DNA of 63,099 bases, counting the filler, from Dirinaria sp. TL-2023a (Eukaryota), in the NCBI GenBank assembly GCA_051941275.1. It is 15 parts of 15 records of this genome, joined end to end, with 100 filler letters (N's around TTAATTAATTAA, not from the genome) between each part and the next. Parts side by side here need not be neighbours in the genome. Positions count along the whole stretch, not along the records: positions 1 to 4,152 come from JAVEBF010001897.1; positions 4,253 to 8,401 come from JAVEBF010001898.1; positions 8,502 to 12,647 come from JAVEBF010001899.1; 12 more parts are not named here. One strand, written 5' to 3'. The translations under genes and the position numbers were made by a program. The stretch's first letter is position 1. The number at the start of each line of letters is the position of its first letter. Below the pieces are notes generated by a model that was not told where the DNA came from, did not search any database, and saw only the letters and a list, made by a program, of their open reading frames with translations. Below, piece after piece: positions 1-11,499 of the stretch.

Positions 1-2
1 TC

Positions 3-2518
3 CCAGGGGGGTGGAAGGTGATCTATCGAATTGATCAGCGCTGGGTGAAAAACAATCGTGATCTGGAGAATACTGTGTACTATCCCCTACCTCTCCGCAC
101 TGATGCGTCTGCTGACGGTGCTTTACTTCCGCAGGTATGGCGCATCTATCAGTCAACACGGCAAGCTGCTGTACGACGATACCCAGTACCTGCTGGCTTT
201 GGCCTTCGCAGACAAGGCTTTCTGGGGTATCGATTCACCTAAGGACTTCTGGCAGCTACAAATCCCTTCCGGCGACAACGAACTTCTTCTTCGATGGACT
301 GAATCCGCCAAACGTCTACCAATATTGCGCAATGCTACTATGCAACAGGGTGTCTCGAAAGAGCCGCTGTCGAAGAAAACATTTGATCGTATCATCAAAT
401 CCGTGTTGAACGCCTCGAGGTACTTTGGCAATGCTACAGTTCATGCTATACGCCGTTACCTCGGCAAGAAGGTCAATGGTGAGTCATCTTAACCACAATG
501 CATTTCCGGATCAGCTCTCGCTGACGACAGAGTTATATAGAAAGGTACACCGAGGTTGAACGATCTCAGCACATAACGCAGACCGATACTCGGGTCTATG
601 GCCAAAGCTATGTGACGAACACCTCGTCTGTGAATGGGAGGTCGGCATTCTTGAATGAACTTACTCAGCACGATCATATCGGCTACTTTCAATCCTTTGC
701 AAACTCTCGCGAGAAGGGTCTTCCAAGCAGTCTTCCAGTCGAAAGAGAGGCTGCGATCAAGCGAGATCCACAGCTTTTGAGACTGAAGGATCAAGTTCAT
801 CGGCTTCAAGCCGAGCATGCTCCTGCTTCACAAATCAAAACTGCTCAGAACAAAGCCCGGGCTTATCGCGTTAGCCTCACTAGGAAGAGCTTGCAGAAAT
901 ACAAAATTGAATGAGTTCAGAAACGAAGAGACTGAAAGATCATGACGCGAGAGAAGAAGCGACTCGAGAATGATGAAAAGATCGACATTTTGAAGATTCT
1001 ATCACAGATGATGTCGAAGCGAGATCGTCTTGCGCGAACGATGATCTCGAATAAGATCGTATCTAATGAGAAGCGTCGACAAGTCATCGAGAATCTTTGT
1101 TCTCTTGTATTTCAAGACTGTACGACCTTGTATCGATCGAGAGAGAAGCTCATTAATGACGTCTGTCTCGTGACGAGCTGTGATGTGAAGATGATCAGAT
1201 AAAATGCTTGATAATGATCGATTCGAATGATTCTGACGATCACAGCTTACGCAAATCTCGACGAAGTACACATATTCACAACTGTCTTCACAAAGAGCTG
1301 ACATGTACATTCAGACGACTGCAAATCGAGTTGAAATACTGCTTCATTTGCTTCTGCTGATTTGTCGAAAAAGAGTGAAATAAGCACTGCGAAACTCATC
1401 TCAAGTCGATCATCTCGAAACGATGCGTCTCGATTATCTACTGTCATACACTCGTTCGTCCCGCATATTGTCCTTTCTGCATCGATGACGATCGACTCGC
1501 CGCGTCGTCCCGATGAATCTTCTGAATTAGAGAAGCAAAGTTATGAAGTCATCTTCAATCACATCTCGAAGCATCTCGCTGATCGCTGATATGTTCTCAC
1601 CCGTTGTGCAGCCTGACGCTCAATGACGAAATGTCGTTTCTCTATCACTTAAGCGACGTGCATAGTTTACGGATGAGTTCACACATTGATAATAACCAGC
1701 AACGATCGCGCAACTCGGCATCTTTCCTTCACTGAACTTCTGACCCTGCAGTTCAGAAGCGGAAGAGGCAGAATGGGGATATACAGAAGCTACGGCCTCC
1801 GAAGCGAAATCAAGGATCTCCGGGGATCGACAGAAGGACTGAGCTGTCTCCCCGTGAATCGTTGGATCGAAAAGCTGTCGACAAGATGGATACGACATCT
1901 TCACACCCATCGTCAGAGATCGTGTTCGTTAGTAGAGCTGCCGAAGACACTCGACAGAATTTATCGAAGTTGACTTATGACGAGTCGAATTCGTCTTCAG
2001 AGATTGACGAGTGATATTTGATTGACGACATAAATTTCAGAGATATTATTCAAAACAAAAAGTGTCACGACGAATTGAGATGATTCGAAGACATGTCTGA
2101 GGTTGATTTGAATGAATTCAAGCTATCTAATGCAAACACAATATTCTTCACGCAACCACGTTCTCAAACTTCATCATGCTCCGTCGCACAACTCAGTGAT
2201 GACGACGACAGTAACAATGAGAACAACGACGATGAGAACGATGAAAGTCTGCACTCGCTAACGATGAATTCGACTGATGTATGTCTTTTCTCAGAGAAGA
2301 ATTCTTATCTGCAAAATTCTATCGATCATTACATCTCTGAAATGAAAATCGTTCTCGTCAGCGCAAAAAAATCTCGCATCATACTTCGTATGTCGCAATT
2401 CAAATCAGAAATCAAATCAAAAATATTACTGCGATTGAGTCAGTCAAAGCAAGCTCAAGATCGAAAGTCTCATTGTCGAAAATCGAATGACAATCGTCGT
2501 AGAAGACGACGAATTTAA
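3..2518 (+). pseudogene. DUF3435-type fungal tyrosine recombinase (Starship captain-like) with C-terminal zinc fingers; 5' truncated, 3' part RIP-like inactivated
   Basis: Spliced frame (introns 77-134 and 479-540, GT..CTGAC..AG) gives YLLALAFAD, ILRN, HAIRRYLGKKVN-ERYTEVERSQHITQTDTRVYGQSYV (HxxR plus putative catalytic Tyr). After about 905, TGG is replaced by TGA. Cys/His motifs YCFICFC..KHCETHL, YCPFC and CSHPLC..HLSDVH follow. Confidence 0.8.
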
Positions 2519-4152
2519 AGAATGATTTGTTTTAATAATATCGATTCAGACTTGTTTGAATATGTTTCGTTTTTCATAGATCGTTCAGTTGCGAGTTTTT
2601 TATTTAGTCGTTTCTTTCATCTATACACTTGCAGAATTTGTTTCGTCAGTCTCTGACAAAGAGAAGAAAACTTAATTTCTTAGAGTTTTTTTATCTATCA
2701 GTCTTTGTTCTTATGTTTTTAGTACTAAATCTCATTCGACGTGCTGAAACACTCGACGTTACGAAATTTGATCTCATGTACTTCGGGTTTTAAGTCTTTA
2801 AATTCTTCATCTATAGTATCGACCGACTAGTGTAGCATAATATCGTAATCTTAGGACATTTCTTCAGACATTAAGATCATCGTATTGCAAAATTACTATG
2901 CTCTGTTCTGCTCTCGCTGCAAGCGTTTACGATAAGACTAAATCTTGTCCCTATGTCATTTCTTAGTCAATGACCCGCTAACAGTTGCTGTTACTAGTTC
3001 ACTCTTTCTTTTCTTCTTCATCAATCTGCTCTTCGCTCTATTGTGAAGTGATCTATTTTCTCTTCAGTACTGTTCAGAAGTGTCAAATCATTCTCGTGTC
3101 TAAAGTCATGAAATATTATCTCAGCGATCTTCTGCAACTTACATGTATTTTTAAAATAAGCCTCAGAAAAACCTCGCGTAGAGAAAGAATCTGCGCGCAT
3201 GTTATCTCAATTAGAAATATCTTCTTTCTTTTGAAATGATCTGTAAAATGCTCGAGGAAATTGAGAATTCTAGAATATCTTACGCAGTTTCAACCTCGTC
3301 GTCGAGACGAGTCTTCGCAGATGAACAGCATATTTACTGAATGAAGAAGAATTATTATAGAGCGATAAATATCTGTATGTCGAATATTTTCACTCTCTGT
3401 TGAACATCATCTTGCGTAGCTATTCGTGATGACTTGCAGAGACTCAATCTTCAATGAGAGATATACAAGTTCTCGACACGAACATTCGAAACGAGACTAT
3501 TGAAGATCATCTGCAGAGAGACGAGAGAATATGTTGATTGCTTGAGAGAAATATACTTGAAGTGCGTGCGAGTATCGCGCAAGATTTGAAACAATTTTAG
3601 CAAGTTATAGAAGCTCTTGCATGAAGACTTTGAGATTTTTGCGAAGTGAATGCTCACACTGTGAGGGAATAGAATAGGGATCCTATACTCTATACACTAG
3701 GCAAACGTAGAGGGTGATCAGGCACCAATGCATGCTCCAATGACCCGAGGAAACAGACCTGTAGAGGCTACTTGTATGGATGCTAAAAGATGCCGTCTCT
3801 AGATACAAAGGAAGAAGCTAGATATATGCGGCGGAGGGCCGCCGCACGTGACCATCAAGCGAATCACTACCTAAACCATGCGAGGTCTACTCGCCCACAA
3901 CACGTCTAATACTTGATGTGTTGAATTGATCATTATATAGAGCAAGCTCGATATTTCTTAACAAGTCATGTGAGAATTTGATCGCTGAAAATATCAATCA
4001 AATGATATTGAACATTCTAATTTCAGAACGCAAACACTTTTCGTTAATGATCGATCAGTGTTCACATCGATAGTTAAATTGACTCGATAACAAAATAACA
4101 GTATGTTTTCGCTCACTTTTGTGCTAGTCTATACAACATGAGTACTGTTGTC
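905..4152. repeat. RIP-like hypermutated DNA (CC/GG depleted, TC/GA enriched), patchy
   Basis: Many TCGA/GATC and few CC/GG. ORFs are poor in Gly, Pro and Trp. Islands at about 1730-1910 and 3660-3899 are spared. Confidence 0.8.
3660..3899 (-). mobile_element. Solo LTR (240 bp) of the Ty3/gypsy family seen at 54832-58773
   Basis: TGTG...CACA termini. 4-bp TSD ACAC at 3656-3659 and 3900-3903. Ungapped match to 58534-58773 with 28 mismatches by manual alignment. Confidence 0.93.
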
Positions 4153-4252
4153 NNNNNNNNNNNNNNNNNNNNNNNNNNNNNNNNNNNNNNNNNNNNTTAA
4201 TTAATTAANNNNNNNNNNNNNNNNNNNNNNNNNNNNNNNNNNNNNNNNNNNN
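4153..4252. other. Artificial contig linker (first of 14)
   Basis: 100-bp N-run/TTAATTAATTAA/N-run block with stops in all six frames. Recurs at 8402, 12648, 16869, 21089, 25306, 29521, 33735, 37946, 42143, 46340, 50537, 54732 and 58916. Contig lengths fall or stay level from 4152 to 4084 bp. Confidence 0.98.
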
Positions 4253-4347
4253 GAGTAAGAGTATCATCCCTCACATTCGGAGGGCTTGCTTAGCTATCTT
4301 GAATAGCTAAGCAAGCCCTCCGAATGTGAGGGATGATACTCTTACTC
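4253..4347. repeat. Perfect 45-bp inverted repeat with 5-nt loop at contig start
   Basis: 4253-4297 is the exact reverse complement of 4303-4347; loop CTTGA. Confidence 0.92.
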
Positions 4348-4491
4348 TCCGCGCTCGGAATATGCCAAGAGATAGCAGAGCGGGAGGCTTGGCATCCGTG
4401 CCGCTTAGTCAGCAAATCTGTACCTGCCGGGCTTTTCGCACTTCCAGCGTCGGATCACACTCTGGAGACTTCAGCTTTGGTCTTTGGCGTA

Positions 4492-7400
4492 ATGCAAGCG
4501 GGACATTTGAAGGTAAGAAGCTATCTGTGATTTTCGATGACTCCAGATGAGTAATATGGCACAGGTTCCACCTTTACAAAATGTCTGCGTGTTCTGCACT
4601 GCTCGAGTCCAATTTGCCGCTCTTTACCCTCAACGCCGTCTTTTCAGGTCTGGCAATTCGATCAAGAAACCACCAGCAGTTGCTGCCGCCCAGGAAGATG
4701 AAGATACCAATGATATAGGCATTTCTGACACTGTAGAGCCTACAGCGGCCCCGAATCGCAACCCAGACCGCTGGAAGCGATGGCCGCCTGTCAGAGATTC
4801 AGGTCGTGACGATCAACGATCGAGCATACACCGGGACACAAGGAATGAATCCCGTGGGGACTTGCGAAGGCACCAATGGCAAGGGGAGGTGCACACGCCG
4901 CAGCCTACGCAGCTCGAATCGCCTGCGTCGCATTTCCTGTCCGCAAGTAGGAATGAGGCTCTGGCTTATCACGCTGGCGCCTTGAAAGCAAGCCAGGCGG
5001 GTGGAGGTTTCTGGAAATGTCAGTGTGGCCAACAAAATCCGCGGTCAAATACTGAGGCATGTACCCGATGTCGTGCTCCGGCACCGAACCATCCAAGAGG
5101 CTCACAGGCCGTCGATCCTGAAGACCCAAGTGTAGTACAGGGGTGGAAACATATCCAGCGCATTGGGGATCACGAACACCGAGATGCCCCATCAGATGGG
5201 AAGGCGGAAATGCCCGAAATAAGTCCAGCGCGGCCTCAACTAGAAGAAGCTAGGCGAAAGCGCTTTGAGCAAAGCAAGGAGGGGCACTTTGTCGGCCTGG
5301 AGGCGGCTTTCAAAAAGGCAGATCTCAACTTAGACTTTCAGGAGGTCAGAAAACCGACGGCGGAAGCTCCTGGGGCTAACACACAAAGTATACATAACCA
5401 AACATCATCTTCATCAAACGAGGTCACAGAATCTTCTCAAGACAAAGTAGGTACAAAACACAAACTCGTGAGATCCCATTACGCCGCGGATGATTCGAAT
5501 TTGAAACGAGATTCATTTCAGGATCGGAGAGACACCCAGAGGCTAGACGAGCTTTCGTTGCAGCGCGAATCTAGGGGAGGCTGGAGAAGATTTACCCCTG
5601 CATCTTCAGAGCGAACTTCTAGAGACCAGGAAAACCCAGTCTCTAATAAGCCGTTGCCAAATCATACAGCCGATACCGGGTCAAGGGAGTTATACGAGCC
5701 GTCGTTACAGCGCGAACCTCGGCGCGGTTGGAGAAAATTGACACCTGAATCTTCAGAGCGAACTTCCAGTGACCAGGGAAAGCCAGTCTCTGATAGCCCA
5801 ATGCCGAATCGTTCCGTTAACACCCGGCCAAGGTGGTCTTCAGATGACACAAGAGCTGATACGGCCGTATTTACCACTCAATGGACGGCCTTAAAGCCAC
5901 CTCAAAAAGACGCTGGCGTCCAAAACCAAAGCCTTGAGTCAACCCATGCTCCTACCAGATCCAGTCGTACGCAAAATCGAATGGCCAGAAGGTTACAGGA
6001 ACTCGAAGAAGAGCAATATGCAAAGCCTTCCAGACGGCAGTCCAGGTCTGCGCGCTTTGATTTTAGCCGGGAGTCACGGGCTAGTCAATTGAAAACCCGC
6101 AAAGCTCTTGAGCAACAAGATGCCCTTAGGGACGAAGATGAGTTCAACGAAGCTAGACAGGCACGCCGAGAGCGCAAGCAGAAAAAGAAACAACAACAAT
6201 CCGTTAACAAGGGTCACGGTCCGCCAACTCCAATTTACCTGCCAGAATTTATCAGCGTTGTCAATCTTGCCGGTGCTCTCCACATCAAACTTGAGGATTT
6301 TATCAATAGGATGGCTGATCTCGGCTTCGAAAATATCAACAACGATCATATCCTCGATGCAGAGACTGCCGGTCTGATAGCCTCAGAGTTCAATTTCGAA
6401 CCTGTCAGTGATCGAACCGAGAACCAGGACTTGGTTGCCCGCCCACCAGCCGAAGACAAATCACTTCTTCCTCCGAGGCCGCCGGTCGTCACGATCATGG
6501 GTCATGTCGACCATGGCAAAACCACTCTGCTTGACTGGCTTCGAAAGTCATCGGTAGCGGCGACGGAGCATGGAGGGATCACGCAGCATATTGGTGCGTT
6601 CTCCGTACCCATGCCCTCAGGTCGAACCATCACCTTCCTCGACACCCCCGGCCACGCAGCATTCCTCGACATGCGTCAACGCGGAGCCAACGTCACGGAT
6701 ATCGTGATTCTTGTAGTCGCTGCCGACGACAGCGTAAAGCCACAGACCATCGAAGCCCTGAAACATGCCCAGGCAGCTCAAGTTCCCATGATAGTCGCAG
6801 TCAATAAGATCGACAAAGAGGACGCCGACGTCGACCGCGTGAAGCAAGATCTAGCTCGTCATGGAGTAGAGATTGAAGATTACGGCGGTGAGACACAGGT
6901 CGTCTGCGTAAGCGGCAAAACTGGTCAAGGAATGGAGACGCTAGAAGAGTCCGCGGTAGCGCTAGCGGATGTCTTAGATATGCGCGCCGAAGTGGACGGC
7001 CTCGCAGAGGGCTGGGTACTCGAGGCGACGACCAAGAAAGCAGGTCGTGTAGCTACTGTTCTGGTCCGCCGCGGTACTCTTCATCCAGGCGATATCATTG
7101 TGGCAGGCACAACCTGGACACGAGTGCGCACCCTTCGCAACGAAGCCGACATATCTGTCGAATCAGCTGGACCGGGGACTCCGGTCGAGGTCGATGGCTG
7201 GAAGGATCAACCTATGGCAGGCGATGAAGTCCTCCAAGCAGACACGGAACAACACGCTCGATCCGTCATTGACATGCGACTGGAGGCTTTGGAAAGAACT
7301 CAGCTCGCTTCAGACATGATCGCCGTCAACGAAGCTCGCCGCCTAGAGCAAGAGCGTCGTGAAGCCATCAAAGCTGCCGAAGCAGCGGCAGCAGATGACA

Positions 7401-8177
7401 CGAGTGAAGATCCCGAACCTCCTTCATTAAAGCCAAAAGAGACCAAAGAGTCCTATCGAGAAATCCCTCTCCTAGTCAAAGCAGACGTATCCGGCTCCGT
7501 CGAGGCTGTTCTAGCCTCTGTGCTCTCGCTCGGCAATGCAAACATCCGACCCACGGTCATACGCTCGGGCGTGGGCGCCGTGTCCGAATTCGATGTATCC
7601 TACGCCGCTTCCGCCCAAGCCCATCTCATCTGCTTCAACGTCGGCATGGATCAGAACATCCGCCGCTTGGCAGAGTCTGCCGGCGTGAATATCGTCGAGC
7701 AGACTATCATCTACAGACTGGCGGACGCAGTGAAGAGCATCTTGGAATCGAACCTGGAGCCCTTGCGAAGCAAAAGAGTCCTGGGTGAGGCCGAAGTGGC
7801 AATGGTATTCGACATCAATGTCCGAGGTCGGCGGACGGTGCCGGTCGCAGGCTGCAAAATCCGGAATGGGGTTGTGGCACGGGAGAAGAAAGTCATGGTT
7901 AGAAGGGGCGGGGAGGTTGTTTATGATGGTATGCTCGCCTCTTTTTCTCTCTCTCTTTTTCCGCTTCTCAAATTACTGTCTTGTATTCCGTTCTCACTGG
8001 CTGCGACTAACTTTCTCAATTTTAGGCAGTCTCTCCTCGCTCAAAAACCGGAAACAAGATGTCTCTGAGATGCGCAAGGGGACGGAATGCGGCATCAGCT
8101 TCGACGCGTGGACCGACTTCCGCGTGGGCGATTTGGTCCAGAGCTATGAGGAGACTGTGGAGAAGAGGACGCTGTAG
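4492..8177 (+). CDS. IFM1: Mitochondrial translation initiation factor IF-2
   Basis: GTPase motifs GHVDHGKTT, GITQHIG, DTPGH, NKID and VKADVSGS, and C-terminal GTECG. Probable exons 4492-4512, 4565-7928 and 8026-8177; first exon less certain. Confidence 0.95.
5543..5836 (+). repeat. 147-bp (49-aa) tandem duplication in the IF2 N-terminal extension
   Basis: LDELSLQRESRGGWRRFTPASSERTSRDQENPVS vs LYEPSLQREPRRGWRKLTPESSERTSSDQGKPVS; units start at 5543 and 5690. Confidence 0.9.
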
Positions 8178-9129
8178 TCTTCACCCCTCACCTGCCAAAA
8201 AAAAAAAAAGAAAAGAATAGATGTATATAGATCTTATTGCATTAGATCTGAGTAATTTAAAAAGGCAAGAGGTTTATATCATCTCTCATTTAATTTTGTT
8301 CAAAGTTCAACTCTTTTTTTTTTTTCGGGGTCTCGGCTTGTTGTTCGACCCAAAGCCCCCCTTTTCCTTCCCTTCCTTTATCATCCCACAATCCACAATC
8401 CNNNNNNNNNNNNNNNNNNNNNNNNNNNNNNNNNNNNNNNNNNNNTTAATTAATTAANNNNNNNNNNNNNNNNNNNNNNNNNNNNNNNNNNNNNNNNNNN
8501 NGTGTGGAATCAGGAAGGGGGGGTGTGTGCTTAGCGGCGGCCTTTCTAAATATTCGTCATTACAGAGGCGTACAGATAGACCTCGTCACCGATCTACGAA
8601 TCAGCTTTACTTACAGATACTAAGCATAAGCGCTGCTCAGTCATACCTTAGCCTTTCAACTTTCCACTCGTAGGCTGTAATTGGTTTCACTTGTACCCTC
8701 TAGCGGCTTCCAGCATACTTAGGACCTTGTTCTTGTTCGAAGAGAAGGGTTTGCTTTTTCATGCAGCCTAATATAATGTGAAAAGCGTCAATTGGGGGAC
8801 GCTGTCGGGTGCTCTCAATATTCTCTATGGCAGCTTGAGTGGCAAATTGGCAAATTTTACAGAGAGCTCTTAGTTTGAATCCATGCATTCTCTGTAGTTT
8901 AGTTGTCCCAGATAAAGGACTTATTAAGATAATAATATCGTAAGCATAATACGCCTGCGGGAAGCTAGATGAAACCGGAAGATCTTGCGTATTGATAATA
9001 ACTTTTTAAGCCTACTATATAAAGACCTGAGCCTTCATATATCAAGCTCGTAATTGATTAACGACCTGCCATTGAGGATTCTAAGCATTGCTAAACACCA
9101 CAAGAGACTTTTCCACCCATCTTGAAGAG

Positions 9130-10853
9130 TTATCTCACCCCAGGACTTTGGACACGATCCTTATCCGTCCAACCATCTGAGCAGGGTTGAGAGAAACGCG
9201 AACCAGATTCAGTATACCTACGTCCCTCAGCAATGAATCCAATTACCCGTCCAAGAATGTTCCATAGATACAGCAGAAGCATATTTGCCTGAAATATGCA
9301 CGAGAGTGCGAAGCAGGCATTAAGCGGCTGAATTCTGCCATTTGAGTTGCAGGTGGGATCATGACCATTATTTTCGTCGTCAAATCCTATTGTCCCTTTC
9401 GACCGCGCTGGTATAGGGACGAAATCGATCTTGCTTGCGCCTCGTACTACTGCGGAGAATCTATCGGCGGCTGCGCGGCGACCCACGAAAAGTGCAATGA
9501 AAAGTCCGCGGAGATTTCTCAAGAACCCATCCCGACTATGTACCCGCACCGCATTGTAAGTGACTTTGTAAATCATGTTCGTGCGCTGTACTCGTTTGTT
9601 TTGGTAGCGATTGAAAACTTCAGTGATGGTCGCTCCACTGAGTTTGCTGTGAGCTTGCCTGTTGCACTCTTTCTTGAGTTCATTCACCAGCACTGCAACA
9701 CTTTCGATTGTGCAAGATCCACCCAGAGCTAACGCGGGAGTCATCTAACAGCTGTGTCAGCACCTGTATCAATATAATACTGTTTTTGCAAGAGAGTTTT
9801 CTTTATTACCTTATGGGCGGAATCTCCTACCAGCACAGCTCTACCAAAATGCCAGAGTTTGTAGACACCCTCTTCAAGGCAACATAAATGACCACGACTG
9901 CGCCGCTTCCAGAGCTCGCCAAAGAGGATGTCATCCGTCACGGGCAAATCAGCGTACTTCGCAGCCTGTCGTTCCGCGTCCTCCATTGTATAACGATGCT
10001 TGTTGGGCCAGCGAAGTGACTTTGGTAATTTGATAAACACAAAGAAGAAAGTCTGATCTTTTTGGGTAACAATCATGAATGAGAAGCCGTGATGCTGCAC
10101 GGTGGTCATGTTCGCCTTTTGCATGCTCGCTATAGGTGGCGCCACACCTAGCAGGCAGCTGTACTCGGTTGTTAATGCTACTCTATGCTTAGCTCAGCAT
10201 TTGCAATAATGGATGTTGACCTTACATCTTTTCTCCGTTGCTTGTACAGTGCTTGGAATTGCTTGATTGGCATTTTCCCATATTAATTCGCGAATAGTGC
10301 TGTTAACACCATCGCAACCGACAACAATGTCTCCATCTTCAATAGAACCGTCACTCATCACGACTCGGACCCCATTTGTCAATTCAGCGATGTGCTGAAC
10401 CTTTTTGTTTGCCAGAACCTTGGCCGGATCAGGCAGATTTTCATACAGTATCTTGACGAATTGCTGACGCTCAATCACTAAAAAATCGTAGCCATGCCTA
10501 TCAATAGTGAGCAGAGTGCGATGTCCAGGGGTCTTGTATTGTGTCTACCGATAATTCAACTCCTCGAAGACTGGGCTTTTCTGGACACACCTCCCAGTTG
10601 AGTTTCTAAGGTCACTGGTTTTCATCGGCATAGATAGTGTTTGCACCTTTGCCCATAATCCAAGTTGATCAATGATTCTGGCAGCGTGAGGCCAGAACCC
10701 GAAGCTTGCACCAATGGTGGCATTTATACTGGTATGGCTCTCCAAAACCACATGATCTATGGCAGCTCGGTGGAGGGCGTGGGACATCAATAACCCAGCA
10801 ATTCCACCTCCCACTACTATGACGCGAAACGGTGTCGTTAATGTGTCCATCAT
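9130..10853 (-). CDS. FAD-dependent monooxygenase (PaxM/salicylate hydroxylase-like), 4 exons
   Basis: VIVVGGGIAGL, VVGCDGVNS and VLVGDSAHK-MTP motifs joined by GT-AG introns. Confidence 0.88.
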
Positions 10854-11499
10854 TCTCAGGGTCAACCTCGGAACATGGCTGTTAAGGACAATCAACCCGA
10901 GGCTCCTGTAGAAGTACTCACTCTATGTCACTGAACACCATCGGTATACGCCGCGATCTACGGCTGCTCACCATCCATCTTCTTTAATCCCTACCTCAGA
11001 GGCGTTGGGATTGTATGTTAGCGCGAGACTAGCATCGGGTCTGATACCGAAACTACCTTAGCCTCCTCTGCAAGGGCCTGTGACATATGCGGCTCTGTTT
11101 CGCACACTTCTAGCATTACTGTTGGCCAAGCAGCTGAGCTGAGATGCCGAGTAGAGTACATAGACAGCCGAGTTCAGCCTTGTTCGGTGCTTCGGCGTGT
11201 CGCTTACATGCATCCTCGGCGGGCCTCGGCGGGCATCGGCGCAAGCATGCAGGCTTTTGGCGCCGAGAGGCTGGTGCGGTCCGTGCCGGCCAGGCAGCAA
11301 ACATTCCGGTTTAGTAGATTCAAATTCGTACCTGGAGAAAGTTCGGCTATGTGCCACCACCGTGATCACTCAAAATCGCTCGGGAGTTAATTTGGAAGGC
11401 AGCGGGCCAACTATTTCGACCGCAAGATGAAATTTATTCTTCTTCTATTAGCATTATCTACAGCATTAGAGCAGTCCATTTTTGCGATCAGCCCGTAAC

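Noticed and set aside
905..2000. TGA at Trp positions suggesting genetic code 4
   Set aside because: Accompanied by Gly/Pro loss and CC/GG depletion, and the same gene uses TGG upstream; this is mutation, not recoding.
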